A stretch of DNA of 64,000 nucleotides, from contig CAZFRF010000001.1 of NCBI GenBank assembly GCA_964521295.1, positions 398,146 to 462,145 of the forward strand, read 5' to 3'. Of the stretch, positions 31,436-41,895 are shown one piece after another. Position numbers and translations under genes: made by a program. The notes beneath the pieces were generated by a model. It saw only the letters and a list, made by a program, of their open reading frames with translations. It did not search any database and was not told the origin of the DNA. Every line of letters begins with the position of its first letter. Position 1 is the first letter of the stretch. The stretch is from an uncultured Gammaproteobacteria bacterium. GTDB lineage: Bacteria; Patescibacteriota; Microgenomatia; Levybacterales; UBA12049.

Positions 31436-32620
31436 TTAATTAACATGAAGATAGTAGCTTTGTGTTCCATCATTATGTTCAATCCTAGAATAAAGTAATT
31501 GCCCACCACCGCATGCAATTCCTCCCTTATAAAGGGTGCCACCTTTTACAGCTTTTACTGATCTTGTAGATGTAGATGACATATCTATTCCAGTGTGAGG
31601 ACCGCCGCCATAATATACATTTGACCAAGCAGTTATACCATATCCTTGATTTATTGAAACAGGATCTGACAAAGGCCAAGTCCAAGAACCACTAAAGCTA
31701 AATTGTCCGTCAGGGCTATTATTCCATGTCACAGATTTATTACTTAAATAATTTCCTGGGTTATCTCTATTTCCGCCATTTTTCACTTCAAAATGCAAAT
31801 GTGTTCCTGAGGAACAAGTTGATGCTCCGCTTATCATACTTCCAATAGTATCACCTTCGTTAACAGGTCCCTGTGATATATCATCTCCACCTCCTGAGGT
31901 TATGCCAGCGATAGCTCTTTGTTCAGCAAGTGCTTTTTCAAGCCTATCCTGATAAATAGCTTCATCATTTTTTGTCAGTTCTAAAAGAGTATCTTTTTCT
32001 CGTTTTTCATTTGCTAGTTGAGTCGTATATCCTTCAAGATCTTTTTGTAATGATTGTATTTTCAGCTTTTTTCCTTCCAAAAGATTTTTTTGATTAGAAT
32101 AGTCATTTTTTGCTTGAACTGTGTCATAAATTAGTCTCTTATCACTCTGCTGAGCTATTTTTAGATAATTTGCTCTGACCATAAGATCAGAAATATTATT
32201 TGATGAAAGTAAAGTCTGAAAATTATTAGCTGATCCTGCTATATACGTTGCCCTTATTCTATTTATTAGAATTTCTGTTATGCCACTTAATGAGTTGTCC
32301 AATTTTTCTACTTTGTTATCAGCAATATCAATATCTAAAGTTATATCCGTTATCTGTTGTTTCGAAGATTCTATCTTTAAAGTTGTTAGTTCTATTTGAT
32401 TGTCCATCACTTGAATTTGAGATGATAGAGTCTTAGCTTGTCCCTGAAGTTCCGAAATTTTACTTTGATATTCATTAATCTGCTTTTGTAATTCGCTTGT
32501 TTTTGAAGCTTGCTCAGGAGAAACAGAAGGGGTAATAGACTGCGCATAAACAAAATTTAGTTCACTAAAAAATATAAGATTAATAGCAATGATTATTATT
32601 AATTTAAATTTGGACAGCAT
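31436..32620 (-). CDS. Secreted PcsB/CwlO-type coiled-coil protein with a permuted M23-like domain
   Basis: Signal peptide and long coiled coil; HLHFEV comes before HTGID. Confidence 0.7.
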   Translation of the reverse strand: MLSKFKLIIIIAINLIFFSELNFVYAQSITPSVSPEQASKTSELQKQINEYQSKISELQGQAKTLSSQIQVMDNQIELTTLKIESSKQQITDITLDIDIADNKVEKLDNSLSGITEILINRIRATYIAGSANNFQTLLSSNNISDLMVRANYLKIAQQSDKRLIYDTVQAKNDYSNQKNLLEGKKLKIQSLQKDLEGYTTQLANEKREKDTLLELTKNDEAIYQDRLEKALAEQRAIAGITSGGGDDISQGPVNEGDTIGSMISGASTCSSGTHLHFEVKNGGNRDNPGNYLSNKSVTWNNSPDGQFSFSGSWTWPLSDPVSINQGYGITAWSNVYYGGGPHTGIDMSSTSTRSVKAVKGGTLYKGGIACGGGQLLYSRIEHNDGTQSYYLHVN

Positions 32621-32640
32621 TGTGAATTACCTGATTTGAA

Positions 32641-32877
32641 TTATTTAGATTTTCTAGTGTTTAAATAGAAACCGATTGAAATTATAAACAAAGATATAAC
32701 TAAGAATCCTAATAAAACCATGTCATGGAATAATCTTGATTCAATCCCAAATACTGCCGGACAACCAATATTACCACAAAACGGAGTTCCCCCAAACTCA
32801 TCTCTAATTTTAAACTGAACTAAAGATAAAACTATAAGGATGGAAGAGATGGAAATTATTAATTTTTTTCTAGTCAT
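32641..32877 (-). CDS. Small 2-TM protein with a CxxxxC loop
   Basis: Two hydrophobic segments around FCGNIGC; start overlaps the upstream dsbA-like stop. Confidence 0.55.
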   Translation of the reverse strand: MTRKKLIISISSILIVLSLVQFKIRDEFGGTPFCGNIGCPAVFGIESRLFHDMVLLGFLVISLFIISIGFYLNTRKSK

Positions 32878-33536
32878 AGCTCGGCGTCTATTTTGCCTTT
32901 AAACTCCTCGTAACTCATTACATTCCCTGCAAACATGCCATTGATATAGAATGTTGGAGTTCCATTAACACCTATCTCAATTCCTTCCTGCTTATCTCTA
33001 TTGGCTTTTTCATTATATTTGCCACTCTCAAGAACTGCTTTAAACTTTTCTATATCCAGATCCAACTCCTGTGCATATTTAATAAACAATTCTGTTTGAG
33101 GCTCTTTTTTTTCGCCCCAATCGAGCTGGTCCTCAAATAATTTGTCATGATATTCCCAATATTTTCCTTGTTCTCCTGCAGCCTCTACCGCATTAACTGC
33201 GAGAAGGGAATTATTATGATTTGGGAAATTTCTTACAACAAAATTTACTTTTCCTTCGTATTCTTTAAGAATCTGTTTAGAAACAGGGTGTACTGCCTTA
33301 CATGCTTCGCATTCATAATCAATAAACTCTACGATCGTTACTTTAGCATTCGGAACTATTATTTTTTGACTGTCTTCTCTAATAAGCTTTTTAGGATCAA
33401 TTTTTTGGGTCGCAAGCTGAGGGCTTTTTGATGATGGCACAGAATCTTTACTTAAAAAGAAAATTGCACCTCCTAGAATTACTAGCGTAATAAATCCTAA
33501 GCTCAATAATGCTTTTGCTTCACCACTTATGTTCAT
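32874..33536 (-). CDS. DsbA/BdbD-like thiol-disulfide oxidoreductase
   Basis: DYECEAC, GVNGTPTF (cis-Pro loop), N-terminal TM. Confidence 0.9.
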   Translation of the reverse strand: MNISGEAKALLSLGFITLVILGGAIFFLSKDSVPSSKSPQLATQKIDPKKLIREDSQKIIVPNAKVTIVEFIDYECEACKAVHPVSKQILKEYEGKVNFVVRNFPNHNNSLLAVNAVEAAGEQGKYWEYHDKLFEDQLDWGEKKEPQTELFIKYAQELDLDIEKFKAVLESGKYNEKANRDKQEGIEIGVNGTPTFYINGMFAGNVMSYEEFKGKIDAEL

Positions 33537-33961
33537 TCTTCTTGGACCTTTCTATAAATAAGCATACAAATAGTTATTACAGCAAAAGCTGTTAATGATA
33601 GGAATGGAATAGTAATAAATCCAAACCATGCAAAAAACTTCGTAGTGCATGAGATACCTAACTGACACGGTTTTATAGCTTCAGGAATTAAACCATAGTA
33701 AAGTAGGTTGTGATATCCTGAAATTACGAGTCCCGTTATGCTTAATGGCAGAACATACCTATAAATCCGTTTATTTTTTTCGAGAATTCCAACAGCAATA
33801 ATTACAACTAGCGGATACATTAATATCCGCTGATACCAACACAACACGCATGGAGTAAACTTCATTATTTCACTAAAGAAAAGGCTGCCTGACATTGCAA
33901 CTAGAGCCTGAATCCAGGCAATATATAATATATTTTTTTCTAAAAATTTTGTCATTTTCAT
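33533..33961 (-). CDS. DsbB/BdbC-like disulfide bond formation protein
   Basis: GSLFFSE...PCVLCWYQRILMYP; second Cys pair CQLGISC. Confidence 0.9.
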   Translation of the reverse strand: MKMTKFLEKNILYIAWIQALVAMSGSLFFSEIMKFTPCVLCWYQRILMYPLVVIIAVGILEKNKRIYRYVLPLSITGLVISGYHNLLYYGLIPEAIKPCQLGISCTTKFFAWFGFITIPFLSLTAFAVITICMLIYRKVQEE

Positions 33962-34182
33962 TCTCTTGCTAATTCTGCATCATAATTATCATCAATACCT
34001 CTAATAATAGTGACCAGTTTTTCAACTGATGTTACCTCAGGATCAAAAGTCACTTCAGTTACTTGCTTAGCATAGTTAGTTTTAGATTCTTTAACTCCTT
34101 CCGAATCTTCAAGCTCACCATCAATATTCATTGCACAACTTGTACAATGCATCCCAAAGATATTTAGCTTAATTTTGTTCAT
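33958..34182 (-). CDS. CopZ-like heavy-metal-associated chaperone
   Basis: GMHCTSC HMA motif; start moved to the ATG at 34182. Confidence 0.85.
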   Translation of the reverse strand: MNKIKLNIFGMHCTSCAMNIDGELEDSEGVKESKTNYAKQVTEVTFDPEVTSVEKLVTIIRGIDDNYDAELARE

Positions 34183-34184
34183 AA

Positions 34185-35222
34185 TTATATTACATTTATT
34201 GTTCCACGAAACATTCCCATACTGCACATAAAAGCAAGTTGTGTTCCAGGTTCATTAGGAGCCGTAAAAGTGATTGTATCTGAATTACCCGTTGTTACGA
34301 TTTTCTGAATGTTAAATTTCGGTATCGTAAAAGCCTGAGCGCAACCTCCTCCACCATTATTTACCAAACGAAGCGTAACTTTTGATCCTGCTTTTACAGT
34401 TAAATTATCAGGGGTATATCCATTACCGTTTATCGTAATTGTTGCGTCAGTTACAGGATTTCCAGCTTTTAATCCTGAGGAATTAAAATCTTTATCACAA
34501 AAACTTATCGTGCAGTAAAAACTAGACCACGCATTTTCTAGAGTAAAATTGCTTCCAGTAAGAGCTAGGGCATTATTCATATTAAAAACTGCAAGAAGAA
34601 TAAGAGCATAAGCAGCCAACTTCATAAATCTTTTCTGCATAGCTTCTCCTAATCTTGTTGCCATATACCCTAAAATAAAAAATAGAGGTGAAGTACCTAA
34701 TACAAAAGCAAACATTATGGCTGCTCCTGAAAGCGGATTACCTGATGCGATTGCCAACGCCATCATAGCTTGAGTAGTTCCGCAGGGTATAAATACTGTA
34801 AATGCTCCAAGTATTGCAGGAGCAAATATACTTTTACTTTTTGATTCTTTTCTAACTAAACGGGTTAAAAAACGAGGAGGTTGAATAATAAAATATCTAA
34901 ATATCGGATGTACATTAAGTAACGCAAGTGCTGTACCTATCATAAAAATTGCCACAGCAATCTGAAGAAGAACATTTGTCGTAAGAGACATTTGGAAAAA
35001 AGATCCAAACCATCCAAGAAAAAACCCCAAAAATGTATATGCGACGAGTTTTGCAAGAACAAATGCAAGGATAGGAAGAGCATTACCTGTTTTTTTTGTT
35101 TTATCTTTTAACTTTTCTTCCTCTCGCTGCGCAATAGTAGTCGCAAGAAGTCCACCTTGTACTGCCAAACACGTAAGTGCTCCAGCAAAAAGTCCTGTTA
35201 AGAATATTGTTAATAAACTCAT
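34185..35222 (-). CDS. DsbD_2/TauE-like membrane protein fused to a C-terminal cupredoxin domain
   Basis: TCLAVQGG and FIPCG TM cysteines; C-terminal GC...F.CSMGMFRG. Confidence 0.8.
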   Translation of the reverse strand: MSLLTIFLTGLFAGALTCLAVQGGLLATTIAQREEEKLKDKTKKTGNALPILAFVLAKLVAYTFLGFFLGWFGSFFQMSLTTNVLLQIAVAIFMIGTALALLNVHPIFRYFIIQPPRFLTRLVRKESKSKSIFAPAILGAFTVFIPCGTTQAMMALAIASGNPLSGAAIMFAFVLGTSPLFFILGYMATRLGEAMQKRFMKLAAYALILLAVFNMNNALALTGSNFTLENAWSSFYCTISFCDKDFNSSGLKAGNPVTDATITINGNGYTPDNLTVKAGSKVTLRLVNNGGGGCAQAFTIPKFNIQKIVTTGNSDTITFTAPNEPGTQLAFMCSMGMFRGTINVI

Positions 35223-35225
35223 AAT

Positions 35226-36053
35226 TTATTTTAATTGTTTATCAATTTCAGTTTGAAATTCACTATAAGGCTGGGCTCCTATTATAGGTGTGCCAGTAAT
35301 GACTCCGTCAGAACTTGATTTTCCTATAAAAAACGATGGCGTACCAGTTGCTCCAACAGATGATGCATCAGCTAAATCTTTGTCTACTTCTTTCTTATAT
35401 TTCTCAGAATCCAAACATGCTTGCAATGCTGCTCCACTCAAACCAATATCATCTGCAATAACAGAAAGGTCTGTTAAAGCTATTCCGGCACCATTAGACG
35501 TGGTTCTCTTAAAAATCTCGTCATGATACTTGAAGTATGCGTCATCTCCACCTTGCTCTCTTGCGCACTCTGCTGCCTGTGCTTCCTTATGGGCATTTGC
35601 ATGAAAACTTAATGGCAAATCCCGAACAACATATTTTATTTTTCCTGTGTCTATATAGTTTTTCTTAATTTCAGAAAATGTTTCATCAAAATATCTCTTA
35701 CAGAATGGACATTCATAATCTGTAAAGTCTATCATGGTAACCTTAGCATCTTTATTACCTAGAATTGGATCATCATCTATCGATACTTTTTTAGGCGTAG
35801 TATCTTCAGGGGGATTTGCTTGAGAATCTCCAACTGCCTGCGGATCAGCTTGAATACTATTGCTTGATCCATTTGAATCTTCTAAGTAATTTACCTTTGT
35901 CCAAAGAGATCCTATTACAAAAGCTGCTAACACAAGCAATATCATTAAAATATACTGGATTTTGTTAGTTTTATTTATAGCAGGGGATAAACTCTTAGTA
36001 TCTTTATCGTCAACTAAACTATTTGTTTTAAATTTAGGTATTAGTCTTTTCAT
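35226..36053 (-). CDS. DsbA-family oxidoreductase
   Basis: DYECPFC, GATGTPSF, GAQPY. Confidence 0.9.
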   Translation of the reverse strand: MKRLIPKFKTNSLVDDKDTKSLSPAINKTNKIQYILMILLVLAAFVIGSLWTKVNYLEDSNGSSNSIQADPQAVGDSQANPPEDTTPKKVSIDDDPILGNKDAKVTMIDFTDYECPFCKRYFDETFSEIKKNYIDTGKIKYVVRDLPLSFHANAHKEAQAAECAREQGGDDAYFKYHDEIFKRTTSNGAGIALTDLSVIADDIGLSGAALQACLDSEKYKKEVDKDLADASSVGATGTPSFFIGKSSSDGVITGTPIIGAQPYSEFQTEIDKQLK

Positions 36054-36058
36054 ATTCT

Positions 36059-36096
36059 TACTACGTATTGTAGTAGTAACTATTTTGCTTTGTCAA
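36059..36096 (-). promoter_or_regulatory. Promoter with a putative BlaI-type operator
   Basis: TTGACA(36096-36091)-18 nt-TACAAT; inverted repeat TACTAC-GTATT-GTAGTA at 36059-36075. Confidence 0.7.
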
Positions 36097-36123
36097 GAGC
36101 AATAATATTTAGATATTCTCTAT

Positions 36124-37140
36124 CTAATGCGCTGGGGTAAAAAGTTGCTCGGATTGTAAAGATTTATTATTTACTTCAGGTATTTCCGAATAAAATTTTT
36201 CTAAATTCTTTGGATCAGAACATGAATTTTTACAATTTCCATCAGCGCAAAGCATTATTACATCATGATTTTCATGATGTAATTCTCTTGCGTGAACAGG
36301 TAAAACAAAGACTGCAGTCAAAATTGCAAATGAAATCATGCTAAGTACTAGATTTTTAAAATTAAGCCTTCTTTTTTTATATGGTTTATTAAGTAATGAA
36401 AAAATTCTTGGTTCCAACGTATCATGATCTGCAATAGCAGCAACTACAACCATTTCAACAGTTGGAAAAGCGATAAGCTTCCTAAGTGCCGAAATAAGGA
36501 CATTCTGATCTCCTACTTTAGCGATAGAAAACTTATCCGCATCTATCTCTCTTTCAATTCTATATTTTTTTATCAAATCTCCTACAATTGGAAAAAATGG
36601 GAAGAGGGAGTATGCAACTGAGGCAACGGTCATTATAAAGGTATCATTTCTTTCAAGATGATACTGCTCATGCCTTAATACAGCTTCAAGCTCTCTCATT
36701 GTCAAGCCAGAAGAAAGACCTGTTGAGAAATAAATTTTAGGTTTTCTAAATCCCAAGCAAAACGCAAATCTTTTTTTTGATTTTATTAACACAGCTTTAT
36801 TTTGTAAACCCAAATTCGATAAGAAGATATTTGTATTTTTATCAGAGATTGCATCTTTTTTTAGCTTAATCCTAAGATCATGAACTTTAATGTTCAAAAC
36901 GAAAAATTTTAAAAATGAAATTACTAAAATTACTGAAAGAAACAAGAAGGGAATTATGCTTAGATAAAAAGGGATGGGAATCATCTTTGCATCAACCAAT
37001 AATGATTGACAGTAGTAAGTTACATGACCTATAAGCGGAAACAGCTTTTGAAATGTCAAAAATAGGACCATTCCTAATAAAATAAGAAGCCCTAAAAATG
37101 TAACTAAATTTCTATTTATTATTCTCATCATACTCATCAA
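36124..37140 (-). CDS. M56 (BlaR1-type) membrane metallopeptidase
   Basis: AFCLG...PKI, HEQYH, EIDAD; adjacent to a BlaI-family gene. Confidence 0.85.
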   Translation of the reverse strand: MMSMMRIINRNLVTFLGLLILLGMVLFLTFQKLFPLIGHVTYYCQSLLVDAKMIPIPFYLSIIPFLFLSVILVISFLKFFVLNIKVHDLRIKLKKDAISDKNTNIFLSNLGLQNKAVLIKSKKRFAFCLGFRKPKIYFSTGLSSGLTMRELEAVLRHEQYHLERNDTFIMTVASVAYSLFPFFPIVGDLIKKYRIEREIDADKFSIAKVGDQNVLISALRKLIAFPTVEMVVVAAIADHDTLEPRIFSLLNKPYKKRRLNFKNLVLSMISFAILTAVFVLPVHARELHHENHDVIMLCADGNCKNSCSDPKNLEKFYSEIPEVNNKSLQSEQLFTPAH

Positions 37141-37495
37141 GAATTTTTAAAAAATATTTTCTTTTTTCGGCAGGTAATTCATCTATACTTTCCGCGAATG
37201 AAGCTACCGCTGTATCTCCATATGAATTAATAAAATTCTTTATAAATGATTTGGCAACATTTTTAGTATATTTTTCTTTTGAAACTTTAGGCGAATAAAT
37301 ATGTCCGGTGGCATTTTCTTTTCGAATGAGTAATCCTTTGTCGTAGAGTCTTTGAAGAATTGTTGCTACAGTTGTGTAAGCTAGCTTCTTGTCTTTCTCA
37401 AGCTCAATAAGTACATCTCGGACAGAGCAACTTTTACGCTCCCAAACAATGTCCATTATACGTTGCTCAAGTTCACCTAAAGAAGTCGATTTCAT
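37112..37495 (-). CDS. BlaI/MecI/CopY-family repressor
   Basis: LGELEQRIMDIVW, LAYTTVATILQRL..KG. Confidence 0.9.
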   Translation of the reverse strand: MKSTSLGELEQRIMDIVWERKSCSVRDVLIELEKDKKLAYTTVATILQRLYDKGLLIRKENATGHIYSPKVSKEKYTKNVAKSFIKNFINSYGDTAVASFAESIDELPAEKRKYFLKILDEYDENNK

Positions 37496-37497
37496 AA

Positions 37498-37514
37498 TAC
37501 TACATATTGTAGCA
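37498..37514. promoter_or_regulatory. Putative BlaI-type autoregulatory operator
   Basis: TACTACATATTGTAGCA, 15/17 identical to 36059-36075, immediately upstream of the repressor ATG. Confidence 0.7.
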
Positions 37515-37532
37515 GGTTAGATAAAAAAATCA

Positions 37533-38453
37533 CTATTTTAAATATTTATCAAAAAAGTTGATCGTTCTTTCAGAAATCAAATCCCATCCCAAGTTTTGAA
37601 AGTTGTGATCTTGCCCTTTATATTCAAAGTATTCTATCTGCTTATTTTCTTTTTCTAAAGAGTTTAAAAGAGTGATGCTTGTTTTAGGATCAACTTCTGC
37701 ATCTAATAATCCTTGATGCAAACTAACTGGTAATAAAATATATTTAAGATTATCCATAAGATCAACATCTGAAGTATGACCACCACCGAGCGTTGGCGCC
37801 CAAAGGACTAATGCTTTTATTTTGTTTGTAGCTTCAACGGTTCGTAGAGACACCTCTCCACCCATGCTATGGCCCCACATGCCAACACGGGTTGGATCTG
37901 CTTTCTCTATATTCTCTACAGAAGCAATTAAATTGAGCACGTCTATTGCGTATTCTGGTTGATGACCTCCACCTTCTCCTTCAGATTCTCCATGCCCGCG
38001 ATAATCTGAAGCTAGAGTTATATAGCCATTATTTGCCAAAATTGTTGCCATTCCATTGGTCCCATCTCCAGTTTTAAATGTACGAATATTATAATAACCA
38101 TGATTGAGAAGAATTATGGGAAAGGGCCCATTTCCGTCTGGAATATTCATTGCAGCATAAATTTTGAGATTATCAGATGTGTATGAAATTATATATGGAG
38201 TAAAATTAGATTTTTTTGGAAGTTTTTTCTCAATTGTTATTTCTCCTTTGTTAAATTTGCGTAGACGCAGTTGTTCAATAAATGAATTTTCATCTTTAGT
38301 TGTAGCTTCTTGTAAGGTGCTATTTACTAATGAAGTGTTCTTATTGGTTGTTTTAAAGCCTTCCGTTGATAAATTTGTCTTTTTCCAATAAAAAAAGCCA
38401 CCAGCAATCATCACTACCAATATTACTAATAAAATATTTCGCAACTTCATCAT
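37533..38453 (-). CDS. Membrane-anchored alpha/beta hydrolase (S9-like)
   Basis: NHGY, DYRGHG, GHSMGG, D and H of the catalytic triad. Confidence 0.85.
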   Translation of the reverse strand: MMKLRNILLVILVVMIAGGFFYWKKTNLSTEGFKTTNKNTSLVNSTLQEATTKDENSFIEQLRLRKFNKGEITIEKKLPKKSNFTPYIISYTSDNLKIYAAMNIPDGNGPFPIILLNHGYYNIRTFKTGDGTNGMATILANNGYITLASDYRGHGESEGEGGGHQPEYAIDVLNLIASVENIEKADPTRVGMWGHSMGGEVSLRTVEATNKIKALVLWAPTLGGGHTSDVDLMDNLKYILLPVSLHQGLLDAEVDPKTSITLLNSLEKENKQIEYFEYKGQDHNFQNLGWDLISERTINFFDKYLK

Positions 38454-38459
38454 TATAAA

Positions 38460-39383
38460 TTATCGAACTTTGTTCCATGAAATCCCTTCATCTGTACTTT
38501 TATAAATACTGTTTTTATCTGTGAGCAGGTAAAGCATTTCAGGTTGTTTTTTGTTAAACGCTATATAAAGCGGCGTTTCTTGGGCAAAATTTACTTCAAT
38601 TTTTTCCCATGATTTCCCCCCATCTTTACTTTGCATAAGCTGTTGATCTTGGGAATAAATGAGTACCTGCTGAGGATTTTTGGGATGTATAGCAATTGCA
38701 GTTACGAGATCATCCAATAATTTATTCCAGGCATCACCTTTATTTGTACTTACCATTAGCCCCTGCTGACTTGCTGCATAAACAATGTTCTCATCATTTG
38801 GATCAGCTGCTAGACTTACAATAGGAAAAGTAGCACTCTTTACTATCTCCCAGTTTTTTCCTTCATCAGTAGTTCTTTGCAATTCTCCCATAAATGTACC
38901 ATAAATAAGATTTGGATTTGGGGGACTGACAGTCATTGTATGATAATCAACAGGTCCATTAATTCCATCTGATATTTTCTCCCAACTTAACCCACCGTCT
39001 TCACTTTTTTGAAATCCTAAATTTCCACCTGTTTGCGGATGTCCACTGCTAAAATATACTTTGGGATTAGTGGGATGTGCTGAAAAACCCATCAAATCGT
39101 CCTCAACGGTACCGATTCGAGAAAGTATTGAGTCATTTTGCAAGACCAATAATCCGTGATGGGTAGCAATATACAATTTACTTCCATCCACTACATCAAC
39201 GCTTAATCCATGTGCATGCGATATGGAATCAACAGGAGTAAGTTGATTTTCTGATATCAGCGTGTTGGATGATTGACTATTTGTACTTTGCTTATTCTTG
39301 TCTCTGGAACTTGCTACAACAATTCCAATCACTAACAGTAATGTTATTCCAACTACACCATAAATAATATATTTATTTTTCAT
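38460..39383 (-). CDS. BNR/Asp-box beta-propeller protein (type often found in Cu clusters)
   Basis: Repeated S.D.G.SW boxes; HAHGL, ATHHGL, SSGHP, DYH. Confidence 0.8.
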   Translation of the reverse strand: MKNKYIIYGVVGITLLLVIGIVVASSRDKNKQSTNSQSSNTLISENQLTPVDSISHAHGLSVDVVDGSKLYIATHHGLLVLQNDSILSRIGTVEDDLMGFSAHPTNPKVYFSSGHPQTGGNLGFQKSEDGGLSWEKISDGINGPVDYHTMTVSPPNPNLIYGTFMGELQRTTDEGKNWEIVKSATFPIVSLAADPNDENIVYAASQQGLMVSTNKGDAWNKLLDDLVTAIAIHPKNPQQVLIYSQDQQLMQSKDGGKSWEKIEVNFAQETPLYIAFNKKQPEMLYLLTDKNSIYKSTDEGISWNKVR

Positions 39384-39385
39384 AA

Positions 39386-39583
39386 TTATATTTTGTACTC
39401 ATTCTTCATAGAAAATGATATGTTACCTCGCATAAAAAAACAAACGACAAATGATAATAAAAATATCAATATTGTAAAGCCAACATATGGTAGAAAATAG
39501 ATTAATCCAGAAACTAAGAAAAATCCTGTTGTAATAACCAACGAATTTATAAGTCTTCTGTGTAAAATAAAAAAGTTACTCAT
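39386..39583 (-). CDS. Small membrane protein
   Basis: Hydrophobic 65 aa; start overlaps the copA stop. Confidence 0.5.
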   Translation of the reverse strand: MSNFFILHRRLINSLVITTGFFLVSGLIYFLPYVGFTILIFLLSFVVCFFMRGNISFSMKNEYKI

Positions 39584-41892
39584 ATTTTAGATTTCTTTAA
39601 AAGAAGAGAATTTGTTATAACTGAAACGCTGCTAAATGCCATTGCAGCTCCTGCAATAGCAGGACTAAGCATAACTCCTGTAAATGGATACAAAATTCCA
39701 GCGGCAATTGGTATACCTATAATATTATAGAAAAATGCCCAGAAAAGATTTTGTTTTATTACACGCATAGTTGATCGAGATAGCCTTATAGCTTTGGGTA
39801 ATTTTGAGATATTACCACCAAGAAGGGTAATTCCCGCTGATTCAATTGCAACATCTGTCCCTGTACCCATCGCAACTCCAACATCAGCAGTAGCAAGCGC
39901 CGGAGCATCGTTAATACCATCCCCAACCATTGCCACCTTGTATCCTTCATCCTGTAACTTCTTAACCTCGTTTGCTTTATCTGCTGGGAGAACTTCAGCA
40001 ATTACTCGATCAATCCCTACTTGCTTTGCTATATGCTCTGCAGTACGACTGTTATCTCCAGTTAACATAGCTACTTTTATACCAAGGTCATGTAATGCTG
40101 ATACTGCTTCTTGTGCATCATCTTTTATCGTATCGGCAATAGCAATATACGCAAGAATTCCTTTTTTAGTTGCAAGAATTACTGGTGTTTTCCCCTGTGA
40201 AGTCATTTTCTTAATAAGATTAGCATCAACTTTTAATCCCAAATCTTCTACTAGCTTAAGATTTCCAGCAAAATATTGCACCCCAGCAATCGTCCCTTCG
40301 AGTCCTTTCCCTTCTAGTGCTTTAAAGTTTGAAACCGACAATAAGTCCACCTTGTCTTCATTTGCCTTTTCTACAACAGCTTGAGCCAATGGGTGTTCTG
40401 ATTGTTTTTCAAGAGATGCAAGAAGCTGCAGCACCTTTTTCTGCGCTATTTTTGCAGTTACATTAACATCAGTAACTGCAGGCTTACCATTGGTTATAGT
40501 TCCTGTTTTATCCATTACAACAAAGTTAATACTTTGGAATTTCTCAAGACTTTCTGCATTTTTAATCAAAATTCCATTCTGTGCTGCCTTTCCAACTCCA
40601 ACTATTACCGCTGTTGGGGTTGCAAGTCCCATTGCGCAAGGACAAGCAATGACAAGAATACCAACAAAACTAATCAAACCAAGTGAAAATGCCTGTGAAA
40701 TTGGCATAAATTGAGAACCAATAATAATCCATATAAGAAACATAACTACTGCAAAAACCAAAACAATAGGAACAAAAACACCAGATACTTGATCTGCAAT
40801 TCTTTCTATAGGAGCCTTTGATCCCTGTGCTGACTCAACCATTTTGATAATTTGCGATAACACCGTTTGCTCGCCTACTTGAGTCGCTTTCATCTGAAAT
40901 GCACCATATTTATTCATCGTTGCACCAATCACAGAATCTCCAGCAACTTTATCTACAGGAATTGGTTCACCGGTAATCATTGATTCATCAACTGAAGATT
41001 TGCCAGAAATAATCTCACCATCTATTGGAATTTTTTGGCCCGGTTTAACAATTAAAATATCACCGACTACGACTTGCCCTATTGGGACCTCTAACTCTTT
41101 TCCGTCACGGATTACTACAGCAATTTTTGCACTAAGACCTAACAATTTTTCAATTGCCGCACCAGTTTTTAGTTTTGATTTCGCTTCAAGATACTTTCCC
41201 AACGTAATAAATCCGATAACGACAATCGTAACATCATAATATAACCCTTCAGGCGCATTCAAAAAAATCTTTATTTCAGGGAAGAACAGCATTATGCTAC
41301 TGTAAAAATATGCAACAAGAGTACCGATACCTACTAATGTATCCATATTGGCAACTCTATATTTGATAAAACGAGTGACACCTTCTATAAATGGTTTCCC
41401 AATCCAAAACATCACAGGTGTTGCTAAAATAAATGAAGCAATGTTAAAAGCATCCATAGAAAGTGGAAAAGTAGGCAAAAAAGCGACACGCTGCGAAAGG
41501 ATTTCCCAGAGCATAAGAATAAATACGATTATTGCTATCGGCATGACAAATATGGTTTTTTGTCGCATTTCTTCCAACTCTTTAAGCTTCTCTTCTTTTG
41601 ATTGAGATGTTCCTAAATGCTCTGAATGATCCATACCAGCTTGCTGACTATGATCCATCGTTTTATGCTCTGCGTGATTTTCTGTATTTACGAATGAGTA
41701 CCCAAGTTTATTTATTTCGCGATTCATTGTATTTACTGAAACTTGAGATGGATCATATGCGACTGAGGCTTTTTCAGTTGCAAAATTAACTTCACAACTC
41801 GATATACCTGGGAGCTTTTTTAACTTTCTTGTAATAATTGCACTACAACTTGCGCAATGCATACCTTTTATCTGAAACGTATTTGTTTCCAT
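39580..41892 (-). CDS. copA: Cu(I)-translocating P1B-type ATPase
   Basis: [37 protein letters not shown]. Confidence 0.95.
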   Translation of the reverse strand: METNTFQIKGMHCASCSAIITRKLKKLPGISSCEVNFATEKASVAYDPSQVSVNTMNREINKLGYSFVNTENHAEHKTMDHSQQAGMDHSEHLGTSQSKEEKLKELEEMRQKTIFVMPIAIIVFILMLWEILSQRVAFLPTFPLSMDAFNIASFILATPVMFWIGKPFIEGVTRFIKYRVANMDTLVGIGTLVAYFYSSIMLFFPEIKIFLNAPEGLYYDVTIVVIGFITLGKYLEAKSKLKTGAAIEKLLGLSAKIAVVIRDGKELEVPIGQVVVGDILIVKPGQKIPIDGEIISGKSSVDESMITGEPIPVDKVAGDSVIGATMNKYGAFQMKATQVGEQTVLSQIIKMVESAQGSKAPIERIADQVSGVFVPIVLVFAVVMFLIWIIIGSQFMPISQAFSLGLISFVGILVIACPCAMGLATPTAVIVGVGKAAQNGILIKNAESLEKFQSINFVVMDKTGTITNGKPAVTDVNVTAKIAQKKVLQLLASLEKQSEHPLAQAVVEKANEDKVDLLSVSNFKALEGKGLEGTIAGVQYFAGNLKLVEDLGLKVDANLIKKMTSQGKTPVILATKKGILAYIAIADTIKDDAQEAVSALHDLGIKVAMLTGDNSRTAEHIAKQVGIDRVIAEVLPADKANEVKKLQDEGYKVAMVGDGINDAPALATADVGVAMGTGTDVAIESAGITLLGGNISKLPKAIRLSRSTMRVIKQNLFWAFFYNIIGIPIAAGILYPFTGVMLSPAIAGAAMAFSSVSVITNSLLLKKSKI

Positions 41893-41895
41893 TTT

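Noticed and set aside
39794-40384. 196-aa + strand ORF and neighbouring short ORFs
   Set aside because: Antisense shadows of copA with no recognisable motifs
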